A DNA stretch of 64,000 nt, taken from positions 313,720,001 to 313,784,000 of the forward strand of contig OZ024740.1 in NCBI GenBank assembly GCA_964016885.1, written 5' to 3'. Source of the DNA: Eledone cirrhosa. Lineage: Eukaryota. Of this stretch, positions 47,775-61,745 are shown in pieces. The notes beneath the pieces are model-generated. The model did not search any database, was not told the origin of the DNA, and was given only the letters and a program-made list of their open reading frames with translations. The position numbers and the translations under genes were made by a program. The number at the start of each line of letters is the position of its first letter. The first letter of the stretch is position 1.

Positions 47775-48175
47775 TAAGAGGTACTGGGTTTCAAAGTCCT
47801 GGTCATTGTTGCAAAAGTGGCGAAGACGAAGGAATTGTGAATAGGTGAAGGAAGATTTAAAGTCGTTGAGATAAGAAGAAGGAATTTCGAGTCAGTGAAA
47901 TTGTAGAAAACGGAAATATAGAGAGTGAGAGAGGTTTGGGTGGCTGGTAGTGAAGAAGTTGCCAAGAAAAATAAAATGGGAAGAAAAGATGGGAAGGTGT
48001 AGTTATAGTCGATAAGTTGAGAACGAGTGACAGAAGTAATAACGATGTAATCATCGGTGAATCTGCCATAAAACTCCGGGAATGGAGCAATAAATTAGGT
48101 TAAGTTTTGGACCTCAACAGATGTTGGGCTCGAGACTACTGCACCGTTCGATATTATACCTGAGAGCACAGAGAC
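47775..48175 (-). mobile_element. decayed LINE fragment (APE-endonuclease-like)
   Basis: Pyrimidine-rich coding-like strand (LYISVFYNFTDSKFL..HNSFVFATF); weak similarity only. Confidence 0.4.
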
Positions 48176-48229
48176 CATATTGATGAGGAATAACCATGTA
48201 TAAATATTTAATATATAAAGTTAAGAAGA

Positions 48230-48395
48230 GTAATGTATTTGTTCTGACTCTTTACATTCTGAGTTCAAATATCACCGAAGTCAACTTTGCTGTTCATCCT
48301 TATAAAGTACCAGTCAAATAATGCAGATGGTGTAAATAACTATACCCTTTCTCAAACGTTGCTGGCTTTGTACCTAAATTAGAAACCAATGTTAA
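48230..48395 (+). mobile_element. tRNA-SINE copy (diverged)
   Basis: TTCTGAGTTCAAAT..AACTTTGC..TTCATCC..AAAGTACCAG..GCTGGCTTTGTACC..AGAAACCAAT. Confidence 0.7.
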
Positions 48396-49384
48396 TACCA
48401 TCTAAAGTACCTGTTTAGAGCTACGTGGTCTCGAACAGATGATTTCATCTCTAAGATGTATATTCGATTGTCACTATTGCTTTCCTGCTAGTTAACAGAG
48501 GTTGTGTTAAATTACTCTAAGAAAGAAGTTTTCATCACTATAGGTTTGACAGGAAACCTATCGGAGAGCACTCGGTACTTTCTCAGCTTGCAGTTCTTTG
48601 CTTGTCAGGCGATGAGGTCTCAATCTAAGATAAATTTTACCAGGTTGTTTTGGAGAAGCTAGTGTTGTAGGTCACTTCTCATATTAATGGCTTACCGTGT
48701 CGAAATGACAAATTGTGATGTTGTTTGGCTTTTTGTTGTCTACTGGGACAGGCATCGCTAACTCCAGATGCGGTAGGAAATGGACTGTGTGATTATTGCC
48801 AAATATAAAAATCTGAATATTACAAAACGATGAAAAAAGATAAGAGAGGAAATGATTGCTAGATGAGTTTATGTTTTAAAAATGGACAAAATGCCATAAT
48901 GTAGGAAATAGATCAAATGTGAAAAGCCTATGATTGCAAATTTCTGGAAAACGTTTAGGTGTATAAGAAATAGTTTAGATAACATTATGTTCGGACATTT
49001 CACCGATAGTTTTGATTTATATTCAAGTAGAAAAGGCATACTACGTAAACTTTAGATCTAACAGGTGGGTTGCGGTATGATTTTAGTAAATCAAAGTAAA
49101 TCCCTAACAATGTAATCCTTGGCTAAGTATAAATAGCTGACCTGTTAAGTTAGATACTTGATATCACTGGGAGGAACAGTTTGTTAGAAAATGTTGCCCC
49201 TTAATTTGATTAGTTTTATTTCAAACTAGCTTTCTGTTCATATTTATATACAGTGTTATGTAATGATGTGTGGAAAATAAATATCCAGACAATTTTAAAT
49301 TATTTATAGATTATTTTTACTTCTTGTTTTAAGGACGTTTGCATAAATATTCGAACCGGGTTAACTTATTATTTTGTCACTTCT

Positions 49385-49806
49385 ACAGCGTCAGACGACA
49401 TGCTTAGTGGCACAGAGTTATGGCGCTTTACGTTTTGAGTTCACAATCCCGCCGTCGTTAGCTTTGCCTTACGGGGTCGATAAAATAAAGTACTGATAAT
49501 GCACTGGGATCGATTTAACCGACTTTCCCTTTACCCCAAAATTGTTGGCCTTGTGCCTAAATCAGAAACCTTATTGTGACTTCTGAGGGTAGTGGATTGA
49601 CAGTATCCGTAAAACAGCGAACACTGTACTTCCGGGTATATTGTTACGTTATTTTACGTTCTGAGTTCAAATCCCGCCGGGTCTAGCTTTACTTTTCCTC
49701 CTGAATGAGTCGATAAAATAAAATACAAATAACACACTGAGGTCAATTTATTCGACTTTCCCCGCCCAGAAAACATTTGGCTGTGTGCCTAAATCAGAAA
49801 CCATTA
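49385..49806 (+). mobile_element. two tandem tRNA-SINE copies
   Basis: Consensus match at 49385-49575 and 49585-49806. Confidence 0.75.
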
Positions 49807-49839
49807 TATTTTGACACCAGGCTGTGTACGTGCATGCAG

Positions 49840-49842
<3 letters not shown>

Positions 49843-49878
<36 letters not shown>

Positions 49879-49912
49879 GGTGTGTGTGTGGGTGTGTGCG
49901 TGTGTGCGTGTG

Positions 49913-49960
<48 letters not shown>

Positions 49961-49962
49961 TG

Positions 49963-50034
<72 letters not shown>

Positions 50035-50055
50035 TGTGTGTGTGTGTGTGTGTGT
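49843..50055. repeat. (GT)n/(GCGT)n microsatellite
   Basis: Direct reading. Confidence 0.95.
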
Positions 50056-50434
50056 ACTGAAAGTATTTTAACCATCTTGACAATTTCCGCTCATAAAATG
50101 TATAGTCGATTATATTAAAATTCGAATGGGTACGTGTGTGTTCATGACATGCCACATACATACATAAATACATACATACATACATAAATACATACATACA
50201 TACATAAATACATACATACATAGATACATACATACATACACAACTGGCAGTCCGTCGGTTACGACAACGAGTCTTTCAGCCTATTCGTGAAATTAAAATA
50301 CTTGTGGCTGAGCATTTCATAAACACGTGTATCCCTTATATAGTTCTTATAGAGATTCAGGCACAACTCATTTTTGCCAGCTGCTGTTGTCATTGTAGTT
50401 ATAGTTGTGGTTGTGTTAGGGCTATGGCAAGCTC

Positions 50435-50620
50435 TCATTGGCAGTATCGGTAGAGGGTCGGACGCCATGCTTTGACGCATGGAGTTACGTCCCTTGCCAT
50501 TCTGAGTTCAAAGCCCGCCAAGGTTAACTTTGCCTTTCATCCTCATGGGGTCGACGAAATAAAGTACCAGTAATGTACTGGGTAATTGCTGGCCTTATGC
50601 CAAAAGTAGAAACAATTATG
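50435..50620 (+). mobile_element. tRNA-SINE copy
   Basis: Consensus match. Confidence 0.88.
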
Positions 50621-50759
50621 TATTAGACCTATAAAGGTTTATTAATTTACAAGCTCATGACTATACTCACTAGATAATAGTAGATGAATCTTACGGACAA
50701 CTGACGCTGCACACCAGGTCCAAACACAGAAGGCCGAAATCCCACTGTCATCGCCTCCA

Positions 50760-51192
50760 TCTCTCTCGCCCTCCCCATCTCTCTCTATTATGAGCAAATG
50801 GGGTCCCACGTGTTAGCTGCCCCACCCCACGGCCCCGGGGGACAGAATGGAGAAGGCGTTTCTCCGGAGGATGGTAAAAAGGATGCGCTGGAAAAGCCAT
50901 TTCATCTCGCGAGGCTCACACCTGCATCTAGCCAGCTCAGCGCATATGGTGGTAAGTAGGGAGGTAGCCCTAGGTTCAAGGACACCAGAAGTTTTCACTG
51001 CTAGAAGCTCGACTGCAAACCTGTCAGAGAGCGACCGATATTTGGAGAGTTTACCCTCCTCAGCCAGAAGTGCAGCAGAACCTAGGTTAGTCGCAGACTG
51101 CACCAGGTTGTCACTGAGAATGTGTTTTTTGCAAGTGGCATCCCAGACAAGAGCTTTACCACTGCGGAACGGAAAGATGGTCATACCGTCCT
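50760..51192 (-). mobile_element. CRE-clade C-terminal fragment
   Basis: DGMTIFPFRSGKALVWDATC..GSAALLAEEGKLSKYRSLSDRF..LAVKTSGVL..WLFQRI..RRNAFSIL. Confidence 0.85.
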
Positions 51193-52317
51193 CTCAGTCA
51201 AGCCACACTGGCTCGAGCAAGAGAGGAAGCCTGCAGCATCCAAGCCATGCTGAGTGGACTAGAACAACGTGAAATAAAGTGCCTTGCTAAGGCACACAAC
51301 GCACAATATGGTCCAGTAATTGAACCCACCATACTATGGCCATAATCCAACACTCTATCGACATATATATTTTTAAATTTAATAAAATCCATATCAAGCA
51401 AAAATGTAAAGATAATATTTTCCTTTTCTTTTTCCCTGTGAAATCATGAATAAGCAATGCCTGATCATATATTTTAAAATCAAAATCAGCCTAGTGAAGG
51501 TAAGTATCTGGATATATTTATGCAGATTTGAACGGTTATCGATAAAATTATCAATGGCAGCTTTAGGAGAATATGTCCTAATATTGATGACTGAATGCAG
51601 GCTGCTTTCTATCTAGAATATAAATCTTGGTATGCATGCAAACGTTATATGCAATCATGGAGTAATCATATATATTTCATTCTGCAACGGCAACATTTAT
51701 GCATGGAATGCATTTTAAATAACTCCTTAATTGCAGCTACATCGTTTCATAGTGTAGCTATCCTCTCGTTCACTTTCATTTTGTTTCTCTTTCTTTTATA
51801 AATGTTAAATGGAATCAGATCGATTGATTGAGGCAAATCAGTGAATCTTAATACGATCATCTGATATTGGCGACTGCCAGTAATCATATTTACTAGGCAT
51901 CGATTCTAAAACTTTGCTTAAAGCTCAATTGGTTACATATATAGTTTATATATCTTTTCAGACATTTAGACACATATATTAACTGAAACGTTCTTCGATT
52001 ACGCGATTCATTCAGTGATGTCTAGAAATTGTAATAATGCTGTCTTACTTTAGTAATGTATTTTGGAAGGAATTCTAATCTACGTGAATCATGAGACTGA
52101 AATATTTTACTGTCATTGTCGTTCTGATATTTCTCGTAACGGTTCTCACCTGCGGACGAAGAAGCAGCCTAGGACCAACAGTGGTAAACTATGAGGGTGA
52201 ATGGAGCAATGGGGGACACTGTTAGCTCACAAGAAAACTCTCACATCCCGGTGATGTAGCTACGAGGAGGTGACCAGTCGAGAAGAAAGTGGTCAGCTGG
52301 GAAGAGAGCAGAAATAT

Positions 52318-52538
52318 TAGGGTTTCTACTATAGGCACAAGGCCAGCAACATTTGGGGAGGAAAAAGTCGAATAAATCTACCCCAGTGCATTACTGGTAC
52401 TTTATCTTATCGACCCCGTAAGGATGAAAGGCAAAGTTAACCTCGCCGGGATTTGAACCCAGAACGTAAAGAGACATAACTCTATGCTGTAAAGCATGGT
52501 ATCCGACCCTCTGCCGATACTGCCAATCCTCCGCCCTT
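52318..52538 (-). mobile_element. tRNA-SINE, long variant, with target-site duplication
   Basis: AGAGAGCAGAAATATTA occurs on both sides (52303-52319 and 52539-52555). Confidence 0.88.
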
Positions 52539-52575
52539 AGAGAGCAGAAATATTATATTATCTATTAATTTCCAT

Positions 52576-52783
52576 ACACGATAGAAAATCGCTACCCGAT
52601 GTTTCAATGTCTGATATTGACCACACCTCCAGAATACATGACGCATAACAATTGTGACCTATCTTCAGGTGCTTAACCTCGTAAAATCACCTGAAGATAG
52701 ATCACAATTTTGAAGCTTCATGTATTCTGAAGGTGTGGTCAATATTTACCCTTGAACCGTTGGGTAGCGGTTTTGTATCGTGT
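52576..52783. mobile_element. diverged inverted repeat (about 95-bp arms) with a long-stem-II hammerhead-like motif (52683-52774, plus)
   Basis: AAAATCAC CTGAAGA [~56 nt] GAAC CGTTGG GTA GCGGTTTT. The left arm read in reverse has GAAAC..GGGTA GCGATTTT. Confidence 0.55.
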
Positions 52784-52907
52784 CTGAACATTAATGGATA
52801 CATTATTTCTGTTCTCTTCCCGACAAAGCAATATTTTCCTTTTTCCTTTTTCACAACTACGTATATTGCTACATATACGTACACATACACACACACACAC
52901 ACACAAA

Positions 52908-52945
<38 letters not shown>

Positions 52946-53415
52946 GAGAGGGCGAGAGAGGGAGAGATAGATAGAGAGAGAGAGAGGGTGAGAGAGAGAC
53001 AGACAGAGAGAGAGAAAGAGAGAGAGAGTTAGAGAGAGAGAAATATAGATATTTATATGTGTGTGTGTGTATGTATATGTATATATATATTTATATTTAT
53101 ATATACACACATACACAAACACTTATATAAATATGCATGTGTATGCATATGTCTCTATGTATATAAATTAAGAAGGAGCTATTGTCTTTTAAGTCTTTGT
53201 TTTTATGTGAAAGAAAATGCTGCATGATAAAAAATAGCAGAATCAGTGAATGAGTTCCCACGCCAACACATACTTTGTAATGTCAAATTATAAGCTAACA
53301 AGAAAAACAGTGAATGGTATAAGAATTTTCCAACAATCTTCGTAACTTAGATAACCCTTATGTCATTTCACTATGTTGAATTTGGTAAAAGTTTTGTCAC
53401 GTAAGAATAATTTAA

Positions 53416-53456
<41 letters not shown>

Positions 53457-53508
53457 ATATATGTGTGTGTGTGTGTGTGTACACATATGTATATAGAAAT
53501 ATATACAT

Positions 53509-53539
<31 letters not shown>

Positions 53540-53566
53540 CATACATATATAAATATATATATATAA

Positions 53567-53910
<344 letters not shown>

Positions 53911-53919
53911 TTATTGTTT

Positions 53920-54059
<140 letters not shown>

Positions 54060-54307
54060 ATTATATGTTTTGGGGTGGATTCCCGATGGGTATCGGAAGG
54101 CGACCACAGCTGAAAAAGGTACTCAATATTTTAGTAGTGTACCGGCATGTTTATATTATTTTGAAATGACTTCTACAGGACTAGAACTGTTTCATACGTA
54201 TGAAATCATCACGAAATATTTGTACCTATGTACTCTCATATCTATATGTATAAATTTAATATATATATTCGTGGCGAAAGTCTACTATTACACAATATGG
54301 ATGATAA

Positions 54308-54338
54308 GAGTAATAATTCTAGTAGCAGTAGTAGTAGC

Positions 54339-54394
<56 letters not shown>

Positions 54395-54423
54395 CAGCAG
54401 CAGCAGTAGTATTAGTATTAATG

Positions 54424-54455
<32 letters not shown>

Positions 54456-54616
54456 AGTTTTAGTATTTGTAGTAGTAGTAGTAGTTGTTGTTGTTGTTGT
54501 TGTAGTTGTACTAGTAGTAATAGCAGTAGAAATAGTAGTAGTAGTAGTAGTAGTAGTAGAAGTAGTAGTAGTAGTAGAAATAGTAGTAGTAGTAGCAGCA
54601 GTAGTAGTAGTCGTAA

Positions 54617-54663
<47 letters not shown>

Positions 54664-54725
54664 ATGATGGTGGTTGTAGTGGTGGTTGTTGTTGTAGTGG
54701 TGATGCTGGTGATGGTGATTACGAT
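54308..54725. repeat. (GTA)n/(GTT)n/(GTG)n trinucleotide complex
   Basis: Direct reading. Confidence 0.95.
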
Positions 54726-55301
54726 GACTAGAAAATAGAGAGAAAGACATGTAACTAGATGGCAATACACATTTACGCACATACACATTCTACTTAGGTA
54801 CACCTACACATACTCAGCCCTACGTTTACCCACACATACGGCTATATGCAAACTAGCAATAACACAAAAATGCAATCTCATGGATAGACAAGCCATACAT
54901 CATAGAGAAATATATACACGGTCATATGATTATAGATGCTTCCACCCACATATATATACACCGGATATAGTATATACGTATTTATATACATAAATGCATA
55001 CATACGTTAATATATACACACACATACGAATGTTTACGTTTTTACATAGATATTTATACAAATATATGTGTGTATATATATATATATATATTTATCCTTA
55101 TCTTTGGATTTTAGTCTTCAAATTTATTATTATTACTATATATATATATATATATGCATTTATGTTTCTATATATATATGTAGGTATATATGTATACAAA
55201 CATAAATATATATATGCACATATATGTTAGTTATATATTATATAATATCCGTATATATACATATCACGTATCTATATATATCTGCCTGTGTAAATATATA
55301 C

Positions 55302-55335
<34 letters not shown>

Positions 55336-55394
55336 ATTGCGTGTAGGTGTATGTATATAAATACACACACACATATATTTATATATACTGTAGT

Positions 55395-55454
<60 letters not shown>

Positions 55455-55483
55455 ACTACATATATATATATATATATAATTTT

Positions 55484-55625
<142 letters not shown>

Positions 55626-56263
55626 TATATATATATAATATAATTGAAAACAAATAATAAAGGAAAACTAAAAACTAAAAAAATACGACCTAAAACATTA
55701 ACAACAACAAACAACATCATCATCAAGAACAACAGGGATATAAGAACACAGAAAGGGAAAACAAGATACAAAATGGCGGCTATGTCTGTTGAAAGAGAAT
55801 AACATACTTGAATGTCGATTTAGGACACGGTCCAAACGTTCAGAGCTGCATCTAATCTATTCCGCAGAAACTATTGAAATTGTCGATTTAACCTCGCTTT
55901 CTTATTCTCATCCCTTTTCTTGTTGTTATTGTTGTCCTCGTTGTTTTTGTTGATTGTTTTCTTGTTACGTTCTTTTTTATTTGTTAATATTTCTTTTGTT
56001 TGCTGTTTTTTTTTTTTTCGTTTTTTTTTTCGTGTGTTTATTTCCTGTGACTATGTATATATGTATATGTATGTCTGTGTGTCTATGTGTCTATATGTAT
56101 GTGCATGCGTGTGTCTATGTGTATGTATATGTATATGTGTATGTATCTATTTCTAAATCTATGGATATATGTATGTATCTATGTGTATGTGCGTGCGTAT
56201 GTCTGTATGTGTATATATATATACATATATATATGTGTGTGTGTGTATGTGTGTGTGTGTGTC

Positions 56264-56336
<73 letters not shown>

Positions 56337-56337
56337 C

Positions 56338-56388
<51 letters not shown>

Positions 56389-57054
56389 TTGTGTGTGTAT
56401 GTATGTATCTATGTGTTTGTGTGTGTATGCTATGTGTATATATATATATATATATGTGTATGTGTATGTGTATGTTTAAGTGTATATGTATGTCTAGGTG
56501 TCTAGGTGTATATCTATGTCTATGTATCTATGTGTATATCTATGTCTATGTGTATGTGTATGTATGTATATGTATGAATATGTATCTATATGTCTATGTG
56601 TATGTCCATGTATATCTATGTACGTATATGTATGTATGTGTATGTATATGTCTATGTGTATATCTATGTATGTCTATGTATGTATATGTATGTATGTATA
56701 TGTATGTTTATGTATGTATGTGTATTATCGTTGTTGTCGTCTGTTTCTTTTAGTCTCCTCGCTTCATTCATTTTCTTAAAATAACAAACAAAATGCAGTT
56801 TAAAGAGGAAATCTGTTGGTAGTTTAGATATCTTAGTTGTCTTGCCATTTCCACCCCTCTTACAAACGACGCTCAACTTCGACAACGACAGGGATGGAGC
56901 CAGCCTAGAATGATGCTATGTGCTCTCTCGACTTGCTAGAAATTGTAGTCAAACTCTAAGCACTCAGAGGTCTCTTGAATTGAATCAGGACTGAATCTGG
57001 AGCTAAACAACATGAACAGCAATAACAATTATATTAAGATCCATCGTAACAACA

Positions 57055-57280
57055 CAATGATGATGGTGATGGTGATGATGATGATGATGATGGGGATGAT
57101 GATGGGGATGGTGATGATGATGATGAGGAGGAGGAGGAGGAGGAGGAGGAGCGACGATAATGATGATTATGTTGATGATGATGGTGGTGATGATGATGAA
57201 GATGAAGATGACGATGTTGATGATGAAGATGATGATGATGACGATGGTGATGATGATGATGTTGATGACGATGATGATGA
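57055..57280. repeat. (GAT)n/(GAG)n trinucleotide complex
   Basis: Direct reading. Confidence 0.95.
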
Positions 57281-57299
57281 CAAAACAAGAATATACATA

Positions 57300-57720
57300 T
57301 TGGCAATACTCCCACGATTTCTCGAAGACCTGCCGCAATGTGAATATTTAGTCAGCTATGCTGCGTCAGGAGCGAAAACGACACTGTTCATAAGTTAGCT
57401 GCATCTCTTTGCCAGACACTTAACATAGTCTTTACCGCAGATGCTTAACAAGGAGAACCCTCTGTAATTGGAACAATCTCTCTTGTCTCCCTTTTTAAAA
57501 ATTGGGATTATCACTTCTGATTGCCATTACTTAGGTGACATTCCAGAGATCCGGACCACCCAACACACACTAATCAGCCAAGGAACACCTTCTCTATTTA
57601 AGGCTTTTAACATATGGGGCCGGATTTCATCTTTCCCAGCGACCTTGCCTCATTTGGACTTTTTAACTGCTCTTGTGACCTCAGCCTCTGTGAGATTAGT
57701 TACCGCTCCCAGATACACTT
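57300..57720 (-). mobile_element. RTE-like RT fragment
   Basis: GKVAGKDEIRPHMLKAL..WQSEVIIPIFKKGDKRDCSNYRGFSLLSICGK. Confidence 0.85.
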
Positions 57721-58189
57721 CTTTTAAGTTCCTACACCGTAGGATTGAACCCAGAACCAGGTGTATGCCTAGCATTATGTTAAGCACCATTGTTGTCAGA
57801 AAATGCGGTGATGCAGTGATTGGAATGCTGGAAATTTGTAAGCAATAATGCTATAAGCGACAAAAAATAGATAAATAAATAATGAAACAAACGATTAACT
57901 AAATAACAAAACATGATCAGAAGTATCTACTTGCTGGGTGATGATCCGAATTAACCTTTTCTCAGAAAATACATTACTCATTTCCGCCATTAGTAATGCA
58001 GTGAAGCGTGTTTTGACGATATAACCCAGAGTCATTCTACAGATAGTCGAATACCTACCAACAGTCAAGTGAAATATTTTCAATGTCACCACGTACATGT
58101 TATCTTTACATAACGTTATTTGTCCCTACACATACACAAGGACAGAACACAAAAGAACCAAACTCCCACTTTCACTGCCCCCGTCCCTC

Positions 58190-58445
58190 AAGCTCTCCCC
58201 ACCTCTTACTATTATGAACAAATGGAGACCCACCCGCTGGCCGTCTCGCGGCCCCGGTGAACAGAATGGAGGTGTTTCCTCGGAGAATCATGAGAGAGAC
58301 GCGCTGGAAGAACCATTCCATCTCGCGAGGCTCACACCTGCGGGTAGCCAACTCTGTGCCGATGGTAGTGAGCAGGGAAGTGTCCCTAGGGCGTCTCCAC
58401 TGCTACGGGCTCGACCGCAAGCATGTCGGAGAGCGACCGATATTG
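58190..58445 (-). mobile_element. CRE-clade C-terminal fragment
   Basis: Homologous to 50785-51045 (YRSLSD..EPVAVET..ELATRRCEPREMEWFFQRVSL). Confidence 0.8.
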
Positions 58446-58633
58446 ACTAAACTGTTTTATCTTCGGACTATTACAATATTACTCTTATTTATTTCACTGA
58501 ATCTACATAACTGGAGCTAAATATACACTATGTAGTAATATTAATACAGTAACTATATCAAAATTCAACCATTTAATTTAATACCAGGATATTTTAACTG
58601 TCAAACTGATTGCGGTATAAGGTTTTGATTTCT

Positions 58634-59318
58634 TCTTTAGGCGTATTTTGTGAAATCTAAAATTTCTCTAAAGTAAATCAGTCACGACTTTCCCCATTTA
58701 CTCACTGTTAATACTCCTTGGTTTCAAATATCCTCACTTTTGAAATCGATTTCGTGACCTTTTTCACTCGTCTTTAGGCGTATTTTGTGAAATCTAAAAT
58801 TTCTCTAAAGTAAATCAGTCACGACTTTCCCCATTTACTCACTGTTAATACTCCTTGGTTTCAAATATCCTCTCTTTTGAAATCGATTTCGTGACCTTTT
58901 TCACTCGTCTTTAGGCGTATTTTGTGAAATCTAAAATTTCTCTAAAGTAAATCAGTCACGACTTTCCCCATTTACTCACTGTTAATACTCCTTGGTTTCA
59001 AATATCCTCTCTTTTGAAATCGATTTCGTGACCTTTTTCACTCGTCTTTAGGCGTATTTTGTGAAATCTAAAATTTCTCTAAAGTAAATCAGTCACGACT
59101 TTCCCCATTTACTCACTGTTAATACTCCTTGGTTTCAAATATCCTCACTTTTGAAATCGATTTCGTGACCTTTTTCACTCGTCTTTAGGCGTATTTTGTG
59201 AAATCTAAAATTTCTCTAAAGTAAATCAGTCACGACTTTCCCCATTTACTCACTGTTAATACTCCTTGGTTTCAAATATCCTCTCTTTTGAAATCGATTT
59301 CGTGACCTTTTTCACTCG
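58634..59318. repeat. tandem repeat, exactly 5 x 137 bp
   Basis: TCTTTAGGCG starts at 58634, 58771, 58908, 59045 and 59182; the only difference I found is one A/T site. Confidence 0.95.
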
Positions 59319-60849
59319 CTAGAAGTTTTTATATACACCCACAACTATGAGCGTGTATGTGTCTGTATACATAAGTATATGTATATACATACGCACGTAC
59401 ACAAACGCACAAGTACACACATAGAGACACAAGTATACACGCACATATATATATATATATTGATGTGTCCGTGTGTGTGTGTCTGTGTGTCATCGCCCGT
59501 GAACGTGTGTGTGTGTATATGTTTAACATTTAATGAAAGTCTAAACCTATGTGTATATATATATATATAGAGAGAGAGAGAGATTCCCGAATTGTGTCGG
59601 GTGTGCTGGATAATATGTAAATTCCCGTGTTCTTGATGATTTTATACGAATGACACAGTTCTAGTAGAAGTCACTTCTATACAGAATACTATATACATGC
59701 ATGTATATATAAATGTGTGTGTGTGTGTGTGAGCGCGCGCGTGTGTGTGCGTGTGTGCCTGCGTGCAGTGAGGTAGCGTTAAAAATTAGGGTAATGATAC
59801 TCAAAGCAATAGGGGATAGAGTCTTTAATTAACAATACTAATGTGGTGTGAAGAAAACATTATCCGAATGATTGATATTGGAATAGTTTTAGTTTGCATC
59901 TAAGACAGAACCATTATATCAGTCGAACAAGAAATTACAACTAGAAGAACTGATTATTCCATAATTACGTGAGACTCAGTTAATTATGTAAAATATATAA
60001 AATATGTAAAATAGCCTTACTAGCTATAAATTTCAAGGGACCCACATTTTGCCTCACCTTTAAAATCAGACACCTTAGCGAAACCACTGGTAAATTCTTC
60101 TCTGTGATCAGGAATATCGATCTGAATAGTTACTACATTTATTAAAATTTAATCCAAGTTTGGTTATTCATTGCTGTTGGCGAAGAAAATTGCGATGTAT
60201 TTGTTTTGCAAAATTTTTTATATGAAACATCACAGAAACTATATTTATATATATATTTTTAAAACTATTTTTTAACCATTGATTCCCAGCTAAATTATTT
60301 ATAGAAATATAAAAATATACTGAATCGAAAACCAAACCAAACAGAGAGTGTGTTTTACTATATTTTTCTGGCAATATTATAACATGACTCTCCCAAAATA
60401 TAAGAAGAAAATAGCAGTTTATAATTTAGTTTGCCTATTGTCTGGGATTTATTTACTAAAGCACTAAAGTGATAGAATAAGTATAAGTGTAGAGTAAACT
60501 TGAAAACGTGTGCTTTTGATAAACACACCTTATTAGATTCAGTGTGAAAAGGAAGAGTGGGTGGGTAAGAAAAAGAGAGAATTAAATGTGCCTGCTGTTG
60601 TTGTCGAAGTGCAGTGCTGTTGTGATGTACAATGAATAAGTTTCGGTGAAAGTAGTCAAAATATTTTTTCAGAAAATGCATTATTCATTTCCGACATGAG
60701 GTTTCAGGATGTAACTTAAATAAAACGTCTTCATAAGCCAGATACTTAAGTGTCTGCTATTGATATGATCTATGGTCCGTCATCAGATAGTTGAATACCT
60801 ACACATTTCACTGAATTCACATAACTAGAGCGCACCTTTTTCAAAACCC

Positions 60850-61010
60850 TCTGGCCACATCCCTACGCGTTGCTATAGGAGTGGAGTTGGTTACCCGCAA
60901 GTGCGAGCCCAGAGAGTTTGAATGGCTGCTCTCGCACGTCTCTCTCGCCATCGTCCGTGGCAACGTCTTCTCCATCCTGTCCGCTGGGAACACGAGGGAG
61001 ACTGACCCTT
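60850..61010 (+). mobile_element. CRE-clade C-terminal fragment
   Basis: ELVTRKCEPREFEWLLSHVSLAIVRGNVFSILSAG. Confidence 0.75.
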
Positions 61011-61511
61011 AGACTGTAAAATATTGACAACCTTATTTCGTACAGCGTAAATCAACGAAAAAAAGGAGTGTAGTTTAAAATATTTACTTGTGAATAGCTT
61101 AATCCTTATATTTTGCTTAGTAATAATTCAAGGATTGGTCAAGGATATGACATATCAAAGTGGAAAGTAAACATTACGTTAACACATATAACTACTCACA
61201 GTCGACAAGAAAATCTCTGTTTGGTCACTCGATTTGCAAGAAATAGCAGTCAAATCTCTATTATATCATACCCTGTCCACTTAAAAAAGGAAAGGACACC
61301 ACATACGATGTAGTCTTATCTTTATAAAGACTAGAATAGAATTTTTGACACGCCTTTGATCATAGATTTGCTCAACTAGGGCTGCACTGTAGCTAAACAA
61401 AATTATACATAATAGCATTTGAAGTAGAATTTGTTACAGTGGCACGAATGGGAGGACACAGGTAAAAAAAAAAAGAATAACGTATACTTAGTCAGGGTTT
61501 GACGGTTTTCT

Positions 61512-61745
61512 TTAACCCTTTCATTAAACCATTTCTAATAAATTCATTTATGATACATTTTGAGTTTTTACTAAAATTATTGGTTATTTTATTATTATAT
61601 CAGTATTTATAACATGACTTAGTAAAATGTGCATATATCAAATTATGTTGAAAAGTTATAATTTATATAGGAACCTTTTAAAATGTGTGGTCTTGTTTCA
61701 TATAGCCAGAGGCTGTTTTATACGGGTTAGTAGTCAGACGGTTAA
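61512..61745. mobile_element. possible piggyBac-type MITE
   Basis: TTAA|CCCTTT...AGACGG|TTAA ends; TIRs degenerate. Confidence 0.35.

Larger units (their letters stand above)
50240..51358 (-). mobile_element. CORE-type SINE split into 50240-50383 and 51249-51358 by nested insertions
   Basis: AAGTGCCTTGCTAAGGCACACAAC is CORE-like and is followed by AATTGAACCC (reverse B-box). The halves appear to join as TTTTGCCAGCTG|AGTGGACT (junction from recalled consensus). Confidence 0.55.
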
